Assembly: GCF_009914755.1 (NCBI RefSeq)
Contig: NC_060931.1
Length of the DNA: 64,000 bases
Source: the human T2T-CHM13v2.0 reference genome, Homo sapiens
Strand: one strand, 5' to 3'
The position numbers and the translations under genes are program-made. Positions 10,001 to 24,045 of the stretch are shown one piece after another (position 1 is the first letter of the stretch; each line of letters starts with the position of its first letter). The notes under the pieces are model-generated. The model worked only from the letters and a program-made list of their open reading frames with translations, had not been told where the DNA came from and did no database searches.

Positions 10001-12164
10001 CATCTAGTAGTTTCCTTTCTTCTTCTGTAGAAGTTACCATAGTACCCAGGTCCACTATCTCATGGCTTTCTGGGATGATAAAAGAGCTTGAAACAATATC
10101 TTCCTGAGGCACAACAGAATGTAAGCTTTCTAACTCATAAAACTCTTTCTGGAGGTCTGTAATTTTCTGCATAGGATCTTCATAAATCTGTTCTGAAAGT
10201 CTTATCTTTTGCTCTCTTCCTTTCTGCTGCATAAATCCATTTTCTTCTTCTTGCCTTGTTAGCAGACTGCCATCTACCGATCCATTGTACGTGTCTTCTA
10301 CTAAAGATTCATAAATATAATCCTCTATTAGCATCCCACCATACAAAGGCTCTTTTTCAAACACTTCATCTCGTTCATTTGCAGCTGGAAAAGCTTTGTA
10401 TTTGTGTGTTTTATGCATCATTTCTTCATACATCTCCTCAGCACTTTTTAACGCCTTTTGGCTACCTTCTTTCTGCATAATAGATTGCTCATCTGTTGGT
10501 GAGTATAATGAAACAGCTGTGGGCAATTTATAAACTTTTTGTACTTCTATTATTTTTTCCGGGCTTATTTCAAAACCTTCTGGGTCTGACTCTATGCTAG
10601 GTGAATATTCAGAACAAGAAGATCTATGGAGCTCCTCCATTTCTGCAGCCTGACGTAACTCTTCTGTCGGAGATGCATCTTCAATGGGAGAGAGATTACT
10701 AGGTGGTGTCTTTGGCCTTTCCCTTCTTCTCTGAGCTCGAAGTTCATCTTTGTCTTTCTTTGATTTTTTACTAGAACTCTTTCTTTGTTGCTGTTCTATT
10801 TCCCTCTGCTTTTCTTGCTCCTTTAATAATTCTTCTTCCTCTCTCAATTCTTCTTCCTCTGAAGAATCTTCAATAGTAGGCAAAAGAGGGCCATGTGGTC
10901 TGTGCCGAGCTTTGCGTTGCTGTTTGCTCTCTCCTTTTTTGTGACTCGGGCTACTGTCACTGTCCTCATCAAGTGATGATACTGATGTAGGGGATGTACC
11001 AGGAGTGAAGCTGGAAGCATGCAGACTCGAAGATCCCTCTCCCCTTGACCTATCTTCAGGTGAGTCTGTCAGGCTTTCCATTTCCAATTCTGGCTCTTCG
11101 TCAAAATACAAACTTGTTTTTTTCTGTGATGACTCTGCAGAATATTTATCTGCTATTGTACTGTTGAGCTCAATTGTTTTAAATCGGCGTAGCCCTCCTC
11201 CTCCAGTAACTACAAGTTCTTCACTTTCCTGACTTTTAGTTTCTCTGTATTTAAGTTCAGGACTTTCATCAAATGCTTCATCGTCTTCATCATGCCATGA
11301 GTGACGTCTTCCTGCATCTTCATCAATGCTTGTGCTACTTTTTCGAGTCAGTCGTCTGTGTTTCCCTGCTGTTATTTTGCCTTTTCCCTTTGTTTCTTCC
11401 TTCTTCTGGCTCTCAGTACTGCTACTAATCTCTTTGAGCTGGTTTCTGATGAACTCATCATCTTCAGAACCTGAAGCATCTTCATCAGCACTCATTTCTA
11501 TGATTTGTTTTCGAATGAAGTCCTCCTCTTCCCCTGATCCTTGGCTGTCTTCCTGTTTATACTCATCACTGCTTGATGAGCCAACACTAGTTCTTCGTTT
11601 TCTTTGTGGAACAGGTGAGTTTTCACTTTCACTACTCTCTTCAACTGAATCATAAGGCTCTCTTCTAGTAGTTATGTCATCAACAAACTCAGACTTCTCT
11701 TTATGGTCCTTGCTGGAAGGAATATCTTGTTGGCTATCTTTTTTAAAAGTGTCTTTCCTTTCTTCTTGACTCTCTTTGATCTCCTCTTCTGAAATAGTAA
11801 TTTCCAAGGTTTCAGATAAACTCTGAGTTTTCTCTTGGTCTTTAGGCTGTTCAGGAGAAACTTCATGGGGTTGTGTTTTCTTTTCTGACTTTTCATCAGC
11901 AAGTGTACTTGCTTGAGCTTCCAAAATAGATAGGACTGTACTTTCTAACTTAGCCAAATCTGAGGGGCTGGAAGGGCTGCTTTCTTGTGAAAAAGAGTCC
12001 TTTTTGAGTCCCTTGAGAATATCCTTTTCATCAGTTGGAATAAGACTTGGAATTTCACCAAGTGAGCTTGATATTCCATCGGAAGAATATCCCGTGTCGC
12101 TCAGACCTTGGGGGCTTTTAGGCTGCTGAGAACTTGAGGTGTCTGATTTGTCATCTTCCTTTTC
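7082..12164 (-). CDS. PCLO: Piccolo coding exon 5 (5083 nt, phase 0/1): EKEDDKSD to SGRVTT-G; acidic Ser-rich region, coiled coil ([19 protein letters not shown]), poly-Pro, PxDLS-like array
   Basis: Acceptor tttatctccctgcttag|GAAAAG (AG at 12166-12165); donor CAG|gtcagt (GT at 7081-7080); open throughout (ORF 7011..11957 plus in-frame upstream codons). Confidence 0.96.
8904..8969 (-). repeat. Coding poly-proline tract, 22 consecutive CCN codons
   Basis: 66-nt (nGG)n run on plus strand between the Gln codon (8972-8970) and the Leu codon (8903-8901). Confidence 0.95.
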
Positions 12165-13504
12165 CTAAGCAGGGAGATAAAGATACAGGAAAACTTAACA
12201 TGGTTAAACTAAAAACATGGCCTCTCCATTACTACCAAATAACTATTAGGAACTGAAAAATAATTTTGGAAAATTTTTTCAACCATATCTCAGTATTTTT
12301 TAAAAGTTTGAGAAAAATATTGTTGATATGCGTTGGTAAGGTTAGTTTCCATTTAAACTAAATTTAATTAAATGTCAATTCTCAATGATATTTGATCTTC
12401 TTTCATAAATACTCTACCTTTTCACATTTCAATGTCATTTTCCCTCAAAAATATGATTACTTTTCTCAATAAATTTGCTTTAGGATAAAGTTTATAAATT
12501 GTGATGAAGATATTTAAAGATAAATTTTCTATTAACATAAGTTATACTTTTGGATTATGAGGTCAGGTAAAGTTCAAGAAAGCATCAGACAACGGGCTTT
12601 GTGCCTGGCTGCAAGTTGTAAGGGATGTTGGAGAATTTACTAAACAAAAAAAAAGCAAATAACATGTCATAATAACATATATGCCATGTACCACAAATAA
12701 TTTTGTTATCATTCTTGTCAAATGATTCAAACAAGGCACTGCTTTTAAGAGACATTTTGAAAGTTATGAAACACTATATATACTTGGTATTATTGTTAAT
12801 ATCATTACTCTACATCACTTGGAATGAATGTTTAGAAATTATGTACTTTGAAAAAGTTATACAATAATTGGTCTGACTCATCAGTTCAGTTAAAGAGAAA
12901 TATCCAGCTGTTATTTCTATAGAGTTGTTAATCACATTTATCTTCAGCATCTCATCTCAAAGGTGTTTCACTAATGTCACTTACAAATACCTTCTGATTT
13001 TGAAATCTTGTTTTATCTTGAAAAGCAGCTTCCTTAAACAATAAATAGCTTTTGTGAGCGGGAGCATGGGCTTTCCAGAGATCTGGGACCCTTAGCAACA
13101 CACCACAACCTTGAACTTGTTGCCTTTCTTGGGCTATGATGATGCCATGACAACAATTTCGATTCAAGAATCAGAGAGGCCTTAAATAAACATTAAATAC
13201 AGAGACTTGTTGCATAAAGACTTTTTTGCTAATTAAAAATATATATGAGCAAAATAAAACTGATTCAGTTAGTTGTCCTGTTTAAAGGAGAGTGTCACAA
13301 TAGTCTCACAGCCTACAGAAAGGAGGGGTTAGGGGAACAGCTGCCTAAGAGCATGCTATAGCTCATTCTAGCCTGTGAGGCCACCTTAATTCCACTAAGT
13401 CTGTATCTTGTACTGTCTCAATATTTTCAGTGTGTGTTGGCATGAGCTCTTCTGATCTAACTATGGCCCAAGTAAACAGATGTACGGTTGCACAACAAAC
13501 ATAC

Positions 13505-13645
13505 TCCTTCCTTCCTTCCTTCCTCCTTCCTTCTTCCTTCCTTCATCCTTCCTTCCTTCTTCCTTCCTTCCTCCCTTCTTCCTTCCTTCCTTTCCTCCCT
13601 CCCTCTCCCCATCCTTCCCTCCCTCCTTCTTTTCTTCTCCTTTTT
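13505..13645. repeat. (CCTT)n-type polypyrimidine simple repeat
   Basis: About 140 nt almost entirely C/T on plus strand. Confidence 0.9.
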
Positions 13646-14233
13646 CTAGTTAGAGTTATCAAATATAAATATTGTTGGCTTGATGCTCATTTTACATTCA
13701 TTTTCATCTAAATATATACCTTTATTATGCATGGTCAATGATCTATCCTGAGCATATTACAGGGTAAAATGATTTTGCTGAATTTACAATGTTACTCAAT
13801 TAAAAAAGACAGTGTGATATATTCTTAACAACTTTAGTGCAAAAACTAATGCCTACTCTTCAGTGTGCACCTAGAATTAACTATACTGTACCAATTTGAA
13901 TGTCTTTCCAGTAAAGAATTTCTTATCTGCAGTTGTGAGACTATAGCAGGACGGTTGATGAGCACTTCACTCATTTCAGCTCCTTTCTCATACTGAAGTG
14001 GCAAGCAATGGTGAAGCTGCCTTCTAATAAATGCTTTCTGGATGGTTATAGTGGAGAGACATTTCCATTTCATTACATCCCAGAAAATGCCAGAGCACAT
14101 TTTTTGGAATTCAGTATAATTTCTATGTCCTTCCTTGTTTATCTTTTTTTAACCCTAGCCCCATCCTCCCTTTACTGAGTTACAGTAAACACCATCATGA
14201 TGGGGGTGGGGTACTTAAGCTCCTTGTGAATAA

Positions 14234-14592
<359 letters not shown>

Positions 14593-16169
14593 ATGTGTAT
14601 TCTTTATTTTGTGTCTACATATATTAAAATATGTAACAATGTCATAAAATATGCATATATGAAAGAAATGTGACCATGGTTATATGTAACAATTCAGAGG
14701 ACCATTTAAAAAGTTACGGTTTTATATAATGGATTCTGAAGGTTCTACTGATATTATACAAAACAGATTAGGACCAGACTTATATAATGTAACAAGGGAA
14801 ATTAAGTGACATTAGACAGAAGATTAATACACATAAATATCAAAATACCAGCCCTGCAATCTCCCTTATGTGCCTTTTCCTTGTGTTCATGCTTTTCTTC
14901 TTCACTCAGCACCACGTCTTACCCACTTATTCCTCCTCTCACTCACTGCCTGGTCTCCTCCCTCCACACTCCTCACAGGATTTCATCATTGTTTACCTAC
15001 GGTGGTGATGCTGCAATGATTTTTTTTCCCCTAAATAACTTTTGCATATTATAAGGTGGCAAGTTGGCAAAGTGTTTACTCTCCAGGCTTTTTTTCCTTT
15101 CCCTTCCAATAACCCCCTGCCATTTATTGAGCTGCAGACTGGTCAGTGAGAGGCAGTGACGATCGGAGCCCCATTTGGATCTCTTCCCATGGTGGTGTAT
15201 CTTGAGGCCTTCACTAGTAGTGGAGAATGTGCCAAGACATATCTGCACTGCCAAATTTGGTTTTGCTCTTTTCACAAAAGCCTTCCATATTGAAGGCAAA
15301 CAGAATATTTTTTGAATATTGTTAAAGAACTGAATTCTAGATGACATATAAAACTGTGCAAAGAAAGGATGCAGTGTTAAGTTTTTGTTTAATTTTCCAT
15401 TTATTTTGACGGGCTAAAATTAAACAATGAATGCAAATCTTCAATAATTTACATAAAGTTTACATCAATGCAGATTACTGATTTGAGTGTTTGAAACACT
15501 CCAAACAAAATTAAGCCAATAAAATTCACTGGACCTGGAGTGAAAGATCGGATGCTCTCATCTAAGCACTATAATATGGGAGTCCTCCTCACTACAGAAA
15601 ACATTATTATTTTTCATCGTTTCTGATTAGGCAGCCACTTATTGGCTATATGTAACTTGAATACTAACCCTCATATCATTTTAACCAGAAATGAAAGTAC
15701 CTGCTAAAGAATGTTCCAAGTTTGGTTTCTATGAGGAGAGTATTTTCGTGTACTATATCAAATAAAGATTTAAACAGTATTATGTTTGTGTATATAAGTA
15801 AAAAGATAAAATTCTATAGCAATATGACTTTTAAAATATTAAACTAAAAATTTAAAAATGTGTATGTAATTTTCAAATTGTTATACTTCAGGATTAATTT
15901 TAATGCTATTCAACAAACATTTTGAAAGATAGGAATGAATGAAGTAATAAAATGATGTGGCAACAAAGAAATGTAAACAATGTACTATAATAATATGAAC
16001 GACACAAATGACAGCTAGATGAATGATTAAATAATACACATATATAAATAGAGTAAAATATTATACCAAGTGTTTGGTATAGCAGTGAGGGTTGCTAAGA
16101 GAGATGGATAATTATAATAATGAAAAGGCAGTATTCTAAAAGTGTCATAGGAAAAAACATCTTGTGCAG

Positions 16170-16340
16170 TGGGTGAGGGCACAGTCTTTGTAATCAGAGA
16201 TGGACTATAATTCTAGTACTTCTGCCTTCCAGCTATGTGATCTTGGGCACAGAAATTCAGTTCCCCCATCTTTACTAAAGCTATCATAATATTAACCTTA
16301 TCAATAATTGTATAAGGAAGTACTTAACATAGCAGCCAGA
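16170..16340 (+). mobile_element. MIR SINE fragment
   Basis: tctgccttccagctatgtgatcttgggca...cagttcccccatct core; boundaries approximate. Confidence 0.55.
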
Positions 16341-19199
16341 ATAGTAAGAGGTAAATTAAGAGTATTGTTTTGACTGTAAATAAAAACTAATTAATAAATT
16401 AATCATTGCAGAAAATTCTGCATCAGGAAAACTGACTACCACTAGGGAACAGAAGGGCAGACTCATGGAAGTCATGCTAGCAAAGTGGTCTGGAGGTTCA
16501 GGTGGGATTTTTTCTGACACAGTTGATGTGAAGGTGCAGCATCAGTGCACGTAGAAAAACTGAGAACAGGTTCAGAAAGGAGAAAGCACAAGCTTTGTTC
16601 AGGAATCACACAAAGGCATATTTGGCTGTTTTTCTTTAATTTCTCCCCATGGGGAATGTTAGCGGTTGCTTGAAAGTTGTGCTGGAGCCAGATTCCAGAA
16701 GGCTGAGAAAGCCAACTAAGCCATTTAGACAGGAGTCTCCACTGTGGCGTGCACATACCCTGGAAGCTATCTATGCAAAGTGCTTCAGTGGAATACAATG
16801 AGAAGACACTAGGATTTTAGTTGTATTTTTAAATCCAAAATACAGGATAAATTAAACTGCACTAATATTTAATCAATAGATGGACAATACTATTATCTTA
16901 CTTGTCATGTCAGTTGGTCACATGGTCTGTGAGGAATCCTGGGAGAAGGCTGGAAGTTATAATGAGGCAACCAACTATAAAGAGAAGTTACAGTGAGGCA
17001 ACCACTTCACTTGCTCACCTTTACGTTGAAGTTTATTGTTCAGTTATGCAGATTTATGGTTTGTAGTTACAATAGATCACCTAGTTTTAACTAAACCAGC
17101 TTTCCTATAATAGCTAAGTAGTAGAAAAAAATTCTGCAAAAAAAATCATTTGTTAAAGATCAAACTAGTAATGTAAGAAATACACACATGCACTCACAAG
17201 AAAGTTGACACTTTTCATATTGTTACAAGCTTTTCATCAGTTTTCATAACAAGGTGAGAACAGTGATCATCAAATTAAATCAGATCTGACTTGAAGTTAG
17301 TAAAAAATGCTTGACATTATCAGGAAAGCTATTTGAAATCTGTTTCTGCATCTATTATTGCTAATAACAAACCTTACCCTAAATATAGAACGTGCTTTGA
17401 ATCAAAGCCAGTGGTATTATGACACTATCACAAACCTCTGTAATTTTCAGAAAATAAGTTTTCTAGTACTTTATAAGTTTTCACTAATTTCAATAATAAC
17501 CATCTGGAATCTTCTTTTGAATTTTCTTTCTCAATAAGAAAAATCACATGACAGATGGGGAAATGTTTTTTATTTTTGGCCATGAAAAATTACTAAAGTA
17601 ATATGTGGAATCAATATAGTGACAAATCAAACTACATTCCTTTGTCAGCAAATGTTGTTGGAAGAAACAAAGAAATAGTTGTGGAAGGTTTGGGAAAAAT
17701 TATTAGAACAAATTAAGTAGCAAAAGATCTAATAATAATATAACCCAACTATGGAGATTTCTTTACATACTCAGTTCATAATATTCCCTGTTTCTCTTAA
17801 ATTAATAATAAAATAGTTTAAGAATTACTATTGTGAACCCTCAAGGAAAAATGTACCAATGAAGACATAGCCTCAATGTAGAGTGATTTGTTTAATTCAA
17901 AAAATGTATATTTTTTAAATAAAAAATATTAAAAATTGAGAAGTAATTTCTCTGATTGGAATTATAATTTTAAAGAATAAGGTTAGGGAGATGGCAGTAC
18001 ATGTGAAAAACATTTATTCATTACAAGTAAGCCAGAATTAGACAGACTGCCTCAAGATATTACTGATATAGTACACTGTATACTAATAAGACCTTTATAT
18101 TTTGAAGAATATTTATTTTGTACTGAGACAGAGAATATGACATTATTTTTGACCATGACACAGATATTTACTGTTTACCTCATGGAAAATTAGTTAAAAA
18201 GCTGCAGAATGTGAAGATTTGATCCTTTCTTAAAAATAGAGGATTGCAAGTGTTTTTCAGTAATACAATACTTATTAGATAGCAAGAAAATAAACACTAG
18301 TTGTCAGCAATATGCTGGGTATTATATATTTAAAGCAAAATAAACAATACCTGTTTCTTTGAGAAAATTATAATGTGGAAACAGCTCTTTGAAGATAAAT
18401 ATTTGGAAATTATCATATGATTATGCTATACAAAATAATGTCACTTTGAAAAGTTATCATGTCTGCTTATTTAACAAACTTTAAAACAGAATATTTTAAT
18501 CTGTTTAAAAACCTTCTAGACAAAGAAATGCAATGGGTTTTAAAATCATTTGTTGAAAAAGTATTTTAAAATCCCCACATTTTCTGATAGTTAACAAACA
18601 CAAATGATTGGTATTAAGGAAGGTTAACGCTTATTTGTGCGATTGCCAATTCTTTTTTTCATAATTGGTTTCCAATCCACACTTAAAAAAAAAGGTAGCA
18701 ATACATAGTGAGAACAAACTGTGAGCTACTTCTTTCATTTCTAGCATGTACTTTTTAATTATCTTTTTTTCCTGCTCTGAATAGCCATTAAAACTGAACA
18801 TCCAAGCATCAAAATAAGCTTAACTTTGAAGCTGGATTTCAAATAACTGTATCATAAAATTGTACACCAAGATCTTAAAAAATATTAAAACATAATCAGT
18901 GCTCTCTCTAAAATATCATTATTAAACACCTTTTAAGGTGATCAAATGTATCTGTATTTACTATCTGCATTTAAATAAATATAATAACAATGGTAATTTT
19001 AGTTTATGTCACTGAGTTATTCTCTATTCTTTGTGAATGTTTTATAAGGTAAATATTAGTAAAATAGTGCATACATAAAATTTATAAATACATATACACA
19101 TATTGAGGTTGTATAACGAAAGAAAAAGTATAATAAAAAGAAAGTGAAAAAGTTATAAAATAAAGGAAAAAAGTACTGCATTCAGGAAAATATTTGAAA

Positions 19200-19990
19200 A
19201 CTTCTTGTTTGGAATATATTTAAAACACAATAGGGAATCATTAGGAACATCTGAGTGATGGAGTTCAATTATCTGAACCCTAGAAAACATTTACCTGACA
19301 GCTATAGACTGGAGAAGGGAGAAAAGGAAGGCATTCTAACCAGTAATTAGATTGCTCAAATAATTGGCAAAAGGTCATGAAAGCAGTAAGTAAGGTAGTG
19401 CCCTGAGGAACAGGAGTTAATAGACAGAAGTGTGATACCTTCATTGTGGAGAACAAAGGACAGGTAAGAAGAGACCTGAAATCACTCAGAAGATGAGTAA
19501 CTGGGAGACAGGAGACAGGTGCTTGATGGTGAAACAGAAAGTTACAAGCAGAAACTGTTTCTACAGAGAAGTGGAAAAGAGTCAGACATATTGAGTTTGC
19601 ATTTACAGAGAGGCTTTGAAGTAGAACTACTGACTAGGTACTTGAAAATGCAGGTCTGACACTCAAAAGAGGGACAAGAGGTACATAAGTGGATTCAAAA
19701 ATTGTTCATGTAGCTCCCATAGGAGGAACAAAGACAGAACTCAAAACAAAACAAGGAAAATCATCTGGACTTTGCAAAGATAAATCATAGAGATAGTCAA
19801 AGTAGATTTCATAAAGTATGATCAGAAAGACAAAAAGAGAAGGAAAGTAGAGGGCCATGAAAGCCACAGAAAGTTTCACAAAGGGACAAACAGTACCAAG
19901 CATCAAGCTCTGCAAAGGTTAGCTGGAAGAAGCAATTGGTGGTGGTGGCGGTGGCTAGATTCAGTCATTAGAATGGAGACTATATATAGG
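19200..19990 (-). mobile_element. Degraded L2 fragment
   Basis: Purine-rich L2-like segments (gacatattgagtttgc...gaaaatgcaggtctgacactcaaaagagg); approximate. Confidence 0.4.
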
Positions 19991-20998
19991 CATCTTTTTG
20001 ACTCTGATCAAACTCATTTAATGAAAGGAGACCAGGATTTACTTAGACAATGTGTGATGCATCAGATAGCAGAGATGGGTTGGTAAGCATGTGTTAAAAC
20101 TGTAAAGAAAACACAATTGAATCACAGTGAAACAAACTATAGTTTCTAGTTGGAATTTTAACACTATTAAATTATTTAATTTCCTGGTAAGTCATTGCTG
20201 TCCTCTGTGAATTAAACATATTCAATTAAGTATAATGTAAGATCTCTTACAGCTCCAAAAAATATCAGAGTTCCACTGAAAAGGATGTAACTGCTTGTGA
20301 AAATACTGGTTAAAATGGGTTAAATGAAAATTTTCCATTAAAGAAAAAGAAAAGAATATTTTTCCAAATTATGCTGATTATAAATAACCTTTCAATATTA
20401 AACACATTGAATAAAACTGCTAACAGATACATTATATTAAAAATCATGCTAAATATTAAACTGCTTTGTGAAATTTTAGAATGACTTTTGCTTTGGATTT
20501 TAGTTACGTCATTTTTTTTTCCTTTTTTCTTTTTTCTTTCTTTCTTTTTTTTTTTTTTTGCAATCACTTTATGGCTGACCACACATTAAATAAAACCTTG
20601 TTGACTCTTACGTAAACAAATGGTTAAGTAAACAGAAACTTACATAAAGACACATTACTTTATGTTAAAGGGGGATATTGATTTTTATATCCATAGTAGA
20701 GAAAATAAATAAAACTAGATAACTTCTTTATCACTCCATATGATTTTGATAGATTATTTGATAGGCATAAGAAACAGGGAAATAAATGTGGTATTTATGC
20801 TTTATGTAAACTTCATAAAGCTGTGAAAAGACCAAAGTTCTTCATTATAGTCAAACAAGTGTTATACTTCTTTAAGAATGTCATTCATTGTTTGAGGAAC
20901 TTCACTTATATAATTACCATTGAGCAACTTGTATACTTAGGTTAAAAATTAGTAATTTCACACATGAGAGTGTGAGAAGTTAGTAAAATTTAACTTAC

Positions 20999-21715
20999 TG
21001 TTTTTTCTTTCCCAGGTTCCACCTGATCAGGTTTTGCTGTGCATGGTGGCTGTGGCTGTTCTTTTATTGTTTTGGTTGTCTTATCATCTTCTTTAGGTAA
21101 ACTCTGAGGTGTGCCAGATGGTAAACCTTCCATCTTGGTCTGTGGTTGTTTCCCTTCTTGCACTGTCTTTGGAGCCACTCTGCCTTCAAGCTTTTCTTCA
21201 GCAATTTGTACTTGAGATTTAAGTAAGTCATGTTTCTGTTCTTCTGGGGCTGATGTTTTTGCCTCTGGGAGTAGCTTTTTGTCTTCAGGGGTTGGCTTTT
21301 TTTCTTCTAGGAGTGGCTTTTTTTCTTCAGAACGTATCTTTTCTTCTTCAGGGATTAGTTTTTTTTCTTCAGGGAGTGGCTTTTTTTCTTGAAGAGCTGA
21401 AGCTTTGTCTTTCTCTAGTTTACTCTCTTCTTGTTTTTGATCTGTGGTTACCATAGGAGGAATTTTTTCCATTGATAGTGTTTCCTTTACTTTTTCCAGA
21501 ATGACTTTTTCAGCTTCCGTTTTTACTTCTTGTTCTTGCTTTTTCACTAATTTTACTTGGGGAGGCACTGCTGTTTTCTGAGATGATGATTCTGTAGGAA
21601 CAGGCATAGGAGATGCTTTGGGTCCTGATGGTGCAGGTGGCATTTTGCGTATGTCTCCAAGCTGTCCTGATATTGCTCTCTGGGTTTGGCAATTTAAACA
21701 AAGCCATTCTTGAAT
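20999..21715 (-). CDS. PCLO: Piccolo coding exon 4 (717 nt, phase 0/0): IQEWLCLNCQTQRA (C-terminal Cys pair of zinc finger 2) to DQVEPGKEKT
   Basis: Acceptor ttttttcccacag|ATTCAA (AG at 21717-21716); donor ACA|gtaagt (GT at 20998-20997); length divisible by 3; within ORF 20990..21856. Confidence 0.95.
21268..21395 (-). repeat. Degenerate 21-nt/7-aa coding tandem repeat (xxPEEKK)
   Basis: LQEKKPLPEEKKLIPEEEKIRSEEKKPLLEEKKPTPEDKKLLPE; recurring ttttttcttcagg on plus strand. Confidence 0.75.
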
Positions 21716-22400
21716 CTGTGGGAAAAAAATTACAATGAACAGATTGAATGTATTATAATGTATCTGTTTCTGTGATTTTACCAAAGTGAAAATTTGGCAA
21801 TTCCTATCTGCTGTTTTTGTACATGGAGAAGGTGGGTCACTGTTTTCCAAATCCAATGACGCAGTAATTTTTTAAAACATTACAAAAAGGCTATTTGAAC
21901 TGTAAAACTGTATAGAATTTCTAGAGACTAGCAATTCACTATCTTCATTAAATGAGAAAAAGAAAGAGAAATAATTACATTAAACGTGGACCCAGAGAAA
22001 TATTCATTTTCAGGAAGAAAAAAAATCTGCATTTGTTCCAAATAAAATTATTTTAAGGCCTGGCTTCTTCAAAATTAGTATTTTCATCCAAAATTTATTC
22101 AAAGACTATTATATTTCATAATAATTATCTTTATAATAACCAATTAATCAAAAGTTCTTTTAGGATTTAGCCTATTATCTCCTATCTCTTGACTTGGGCC
22201 AAATATAGTTCTACCTTTCAGAGTAGAGCTTTATAGGTATAGACAGTTTTCAAGAATCACTTGTGCATAATCCTCTGCTTCCAGATTATGAACATAATCT
22301 CATTCTTAATACTAATCACATTACCTCATGCAGTTGAATAAGAAGCACTCCAAGTCTCAATTATTTGGTATCTTTTTCCCTGAGTGTCCTGATTTGCTGA

Positions 22401-22886
<486 letters not shown>

Positions 22887-23744
22887 TAAATACTAAAAAC
22901 TACTCTCTGATAAGAATATAGAACAAATGATCACCTAGGAGACAAATTATGTTAGAATAATACTATTAAAGAATTCCTCCCTGATTGATGTGTGTTGCAT
23001 TTTTTCTTACATTATATCTATTCTAATGTTAAAAAGTAAAGGCTGTGTATGTAGTTCTAATTGTTACCACTGAATGTGTACCCATTCTGTAAGGCACAGG
23101 GTTAGAGTGTCATACAAATAATATTGCTTTCATGCATTACATTGTGCTCTGAGAAGTTCAGTTTCAAATTGCTTTTCATGCTGGCTCACTCTTTCTAGTT
23201 GCTTATCTTAAAGTATTTAGATAAAAAAATCACTTATTGCTCTAGAATACTAAAAGATATCTAAGTTTCATTTCTTACTTCAGGTTCCAATTACTTTAGA
23301 AACTAACAATGTTGCTTAATAACTATGATTATTTTGCAATCTGTAAGCCATTATAATTCTTATTTGCTGATCTAAAAGAGTAAAGACAAAAGTCAATTCT
23401 GTAAATGTGGTAAAATGCTGCCAATAAAATATTAGGATATATATGGATTCATTTGCTTTTTGTGTATATAATCACTCAATATCAATTCTCTTGTTAATTT
23501 CATGTCTAAGGAGCTCTGAAGTGAATTGTGTGCCTTCTTTAATTAATGTTTTTATATAAAAGTCATTGGAAAGAAGATTTGATTCATTATGTCAAATGCT
23601 AAAAGTTCTAGCTCTTGTGTTGAACAGTCCCTGAAGGAAGAACTTCCATAATACCTACAGAAAATCAATCTTAATCTATAACATGGTTTTAAAAACTATT
23701 ACTTGGTTGAACCACATCTTAAGAGATTTTCATTCAGAGTCTGA

Positions 23745-24045
<301 letters not shown>

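Noticed and set aside
4854-11902. Short plus-strand and alternative-frame ORFs overlapping exons 5-6 (e.g. poly-Gly ORF 8644..8973)
   Set aside because: Antisense or frame shadows of biased PCLO codons
14997-15347. 116-aa minus ORF in relatively complex, non-repetitive-looking intron sequence (FOX-like tgtttac nearby)
   Set aside because: No recognisable protein similarity or convincing splice sites; an enhancer or ancient repeat cannot be judged without conservation data
16472-16798. 108-aa minus ORF in a GC-richer island
   Set aside because: No homology recognised; possibly an ancient repeat
21716-21856. Upstream part of ORF 20990..21856
   Set aside because: Lies in the intron before a clear acceptor and includes the polypyrimidine tract
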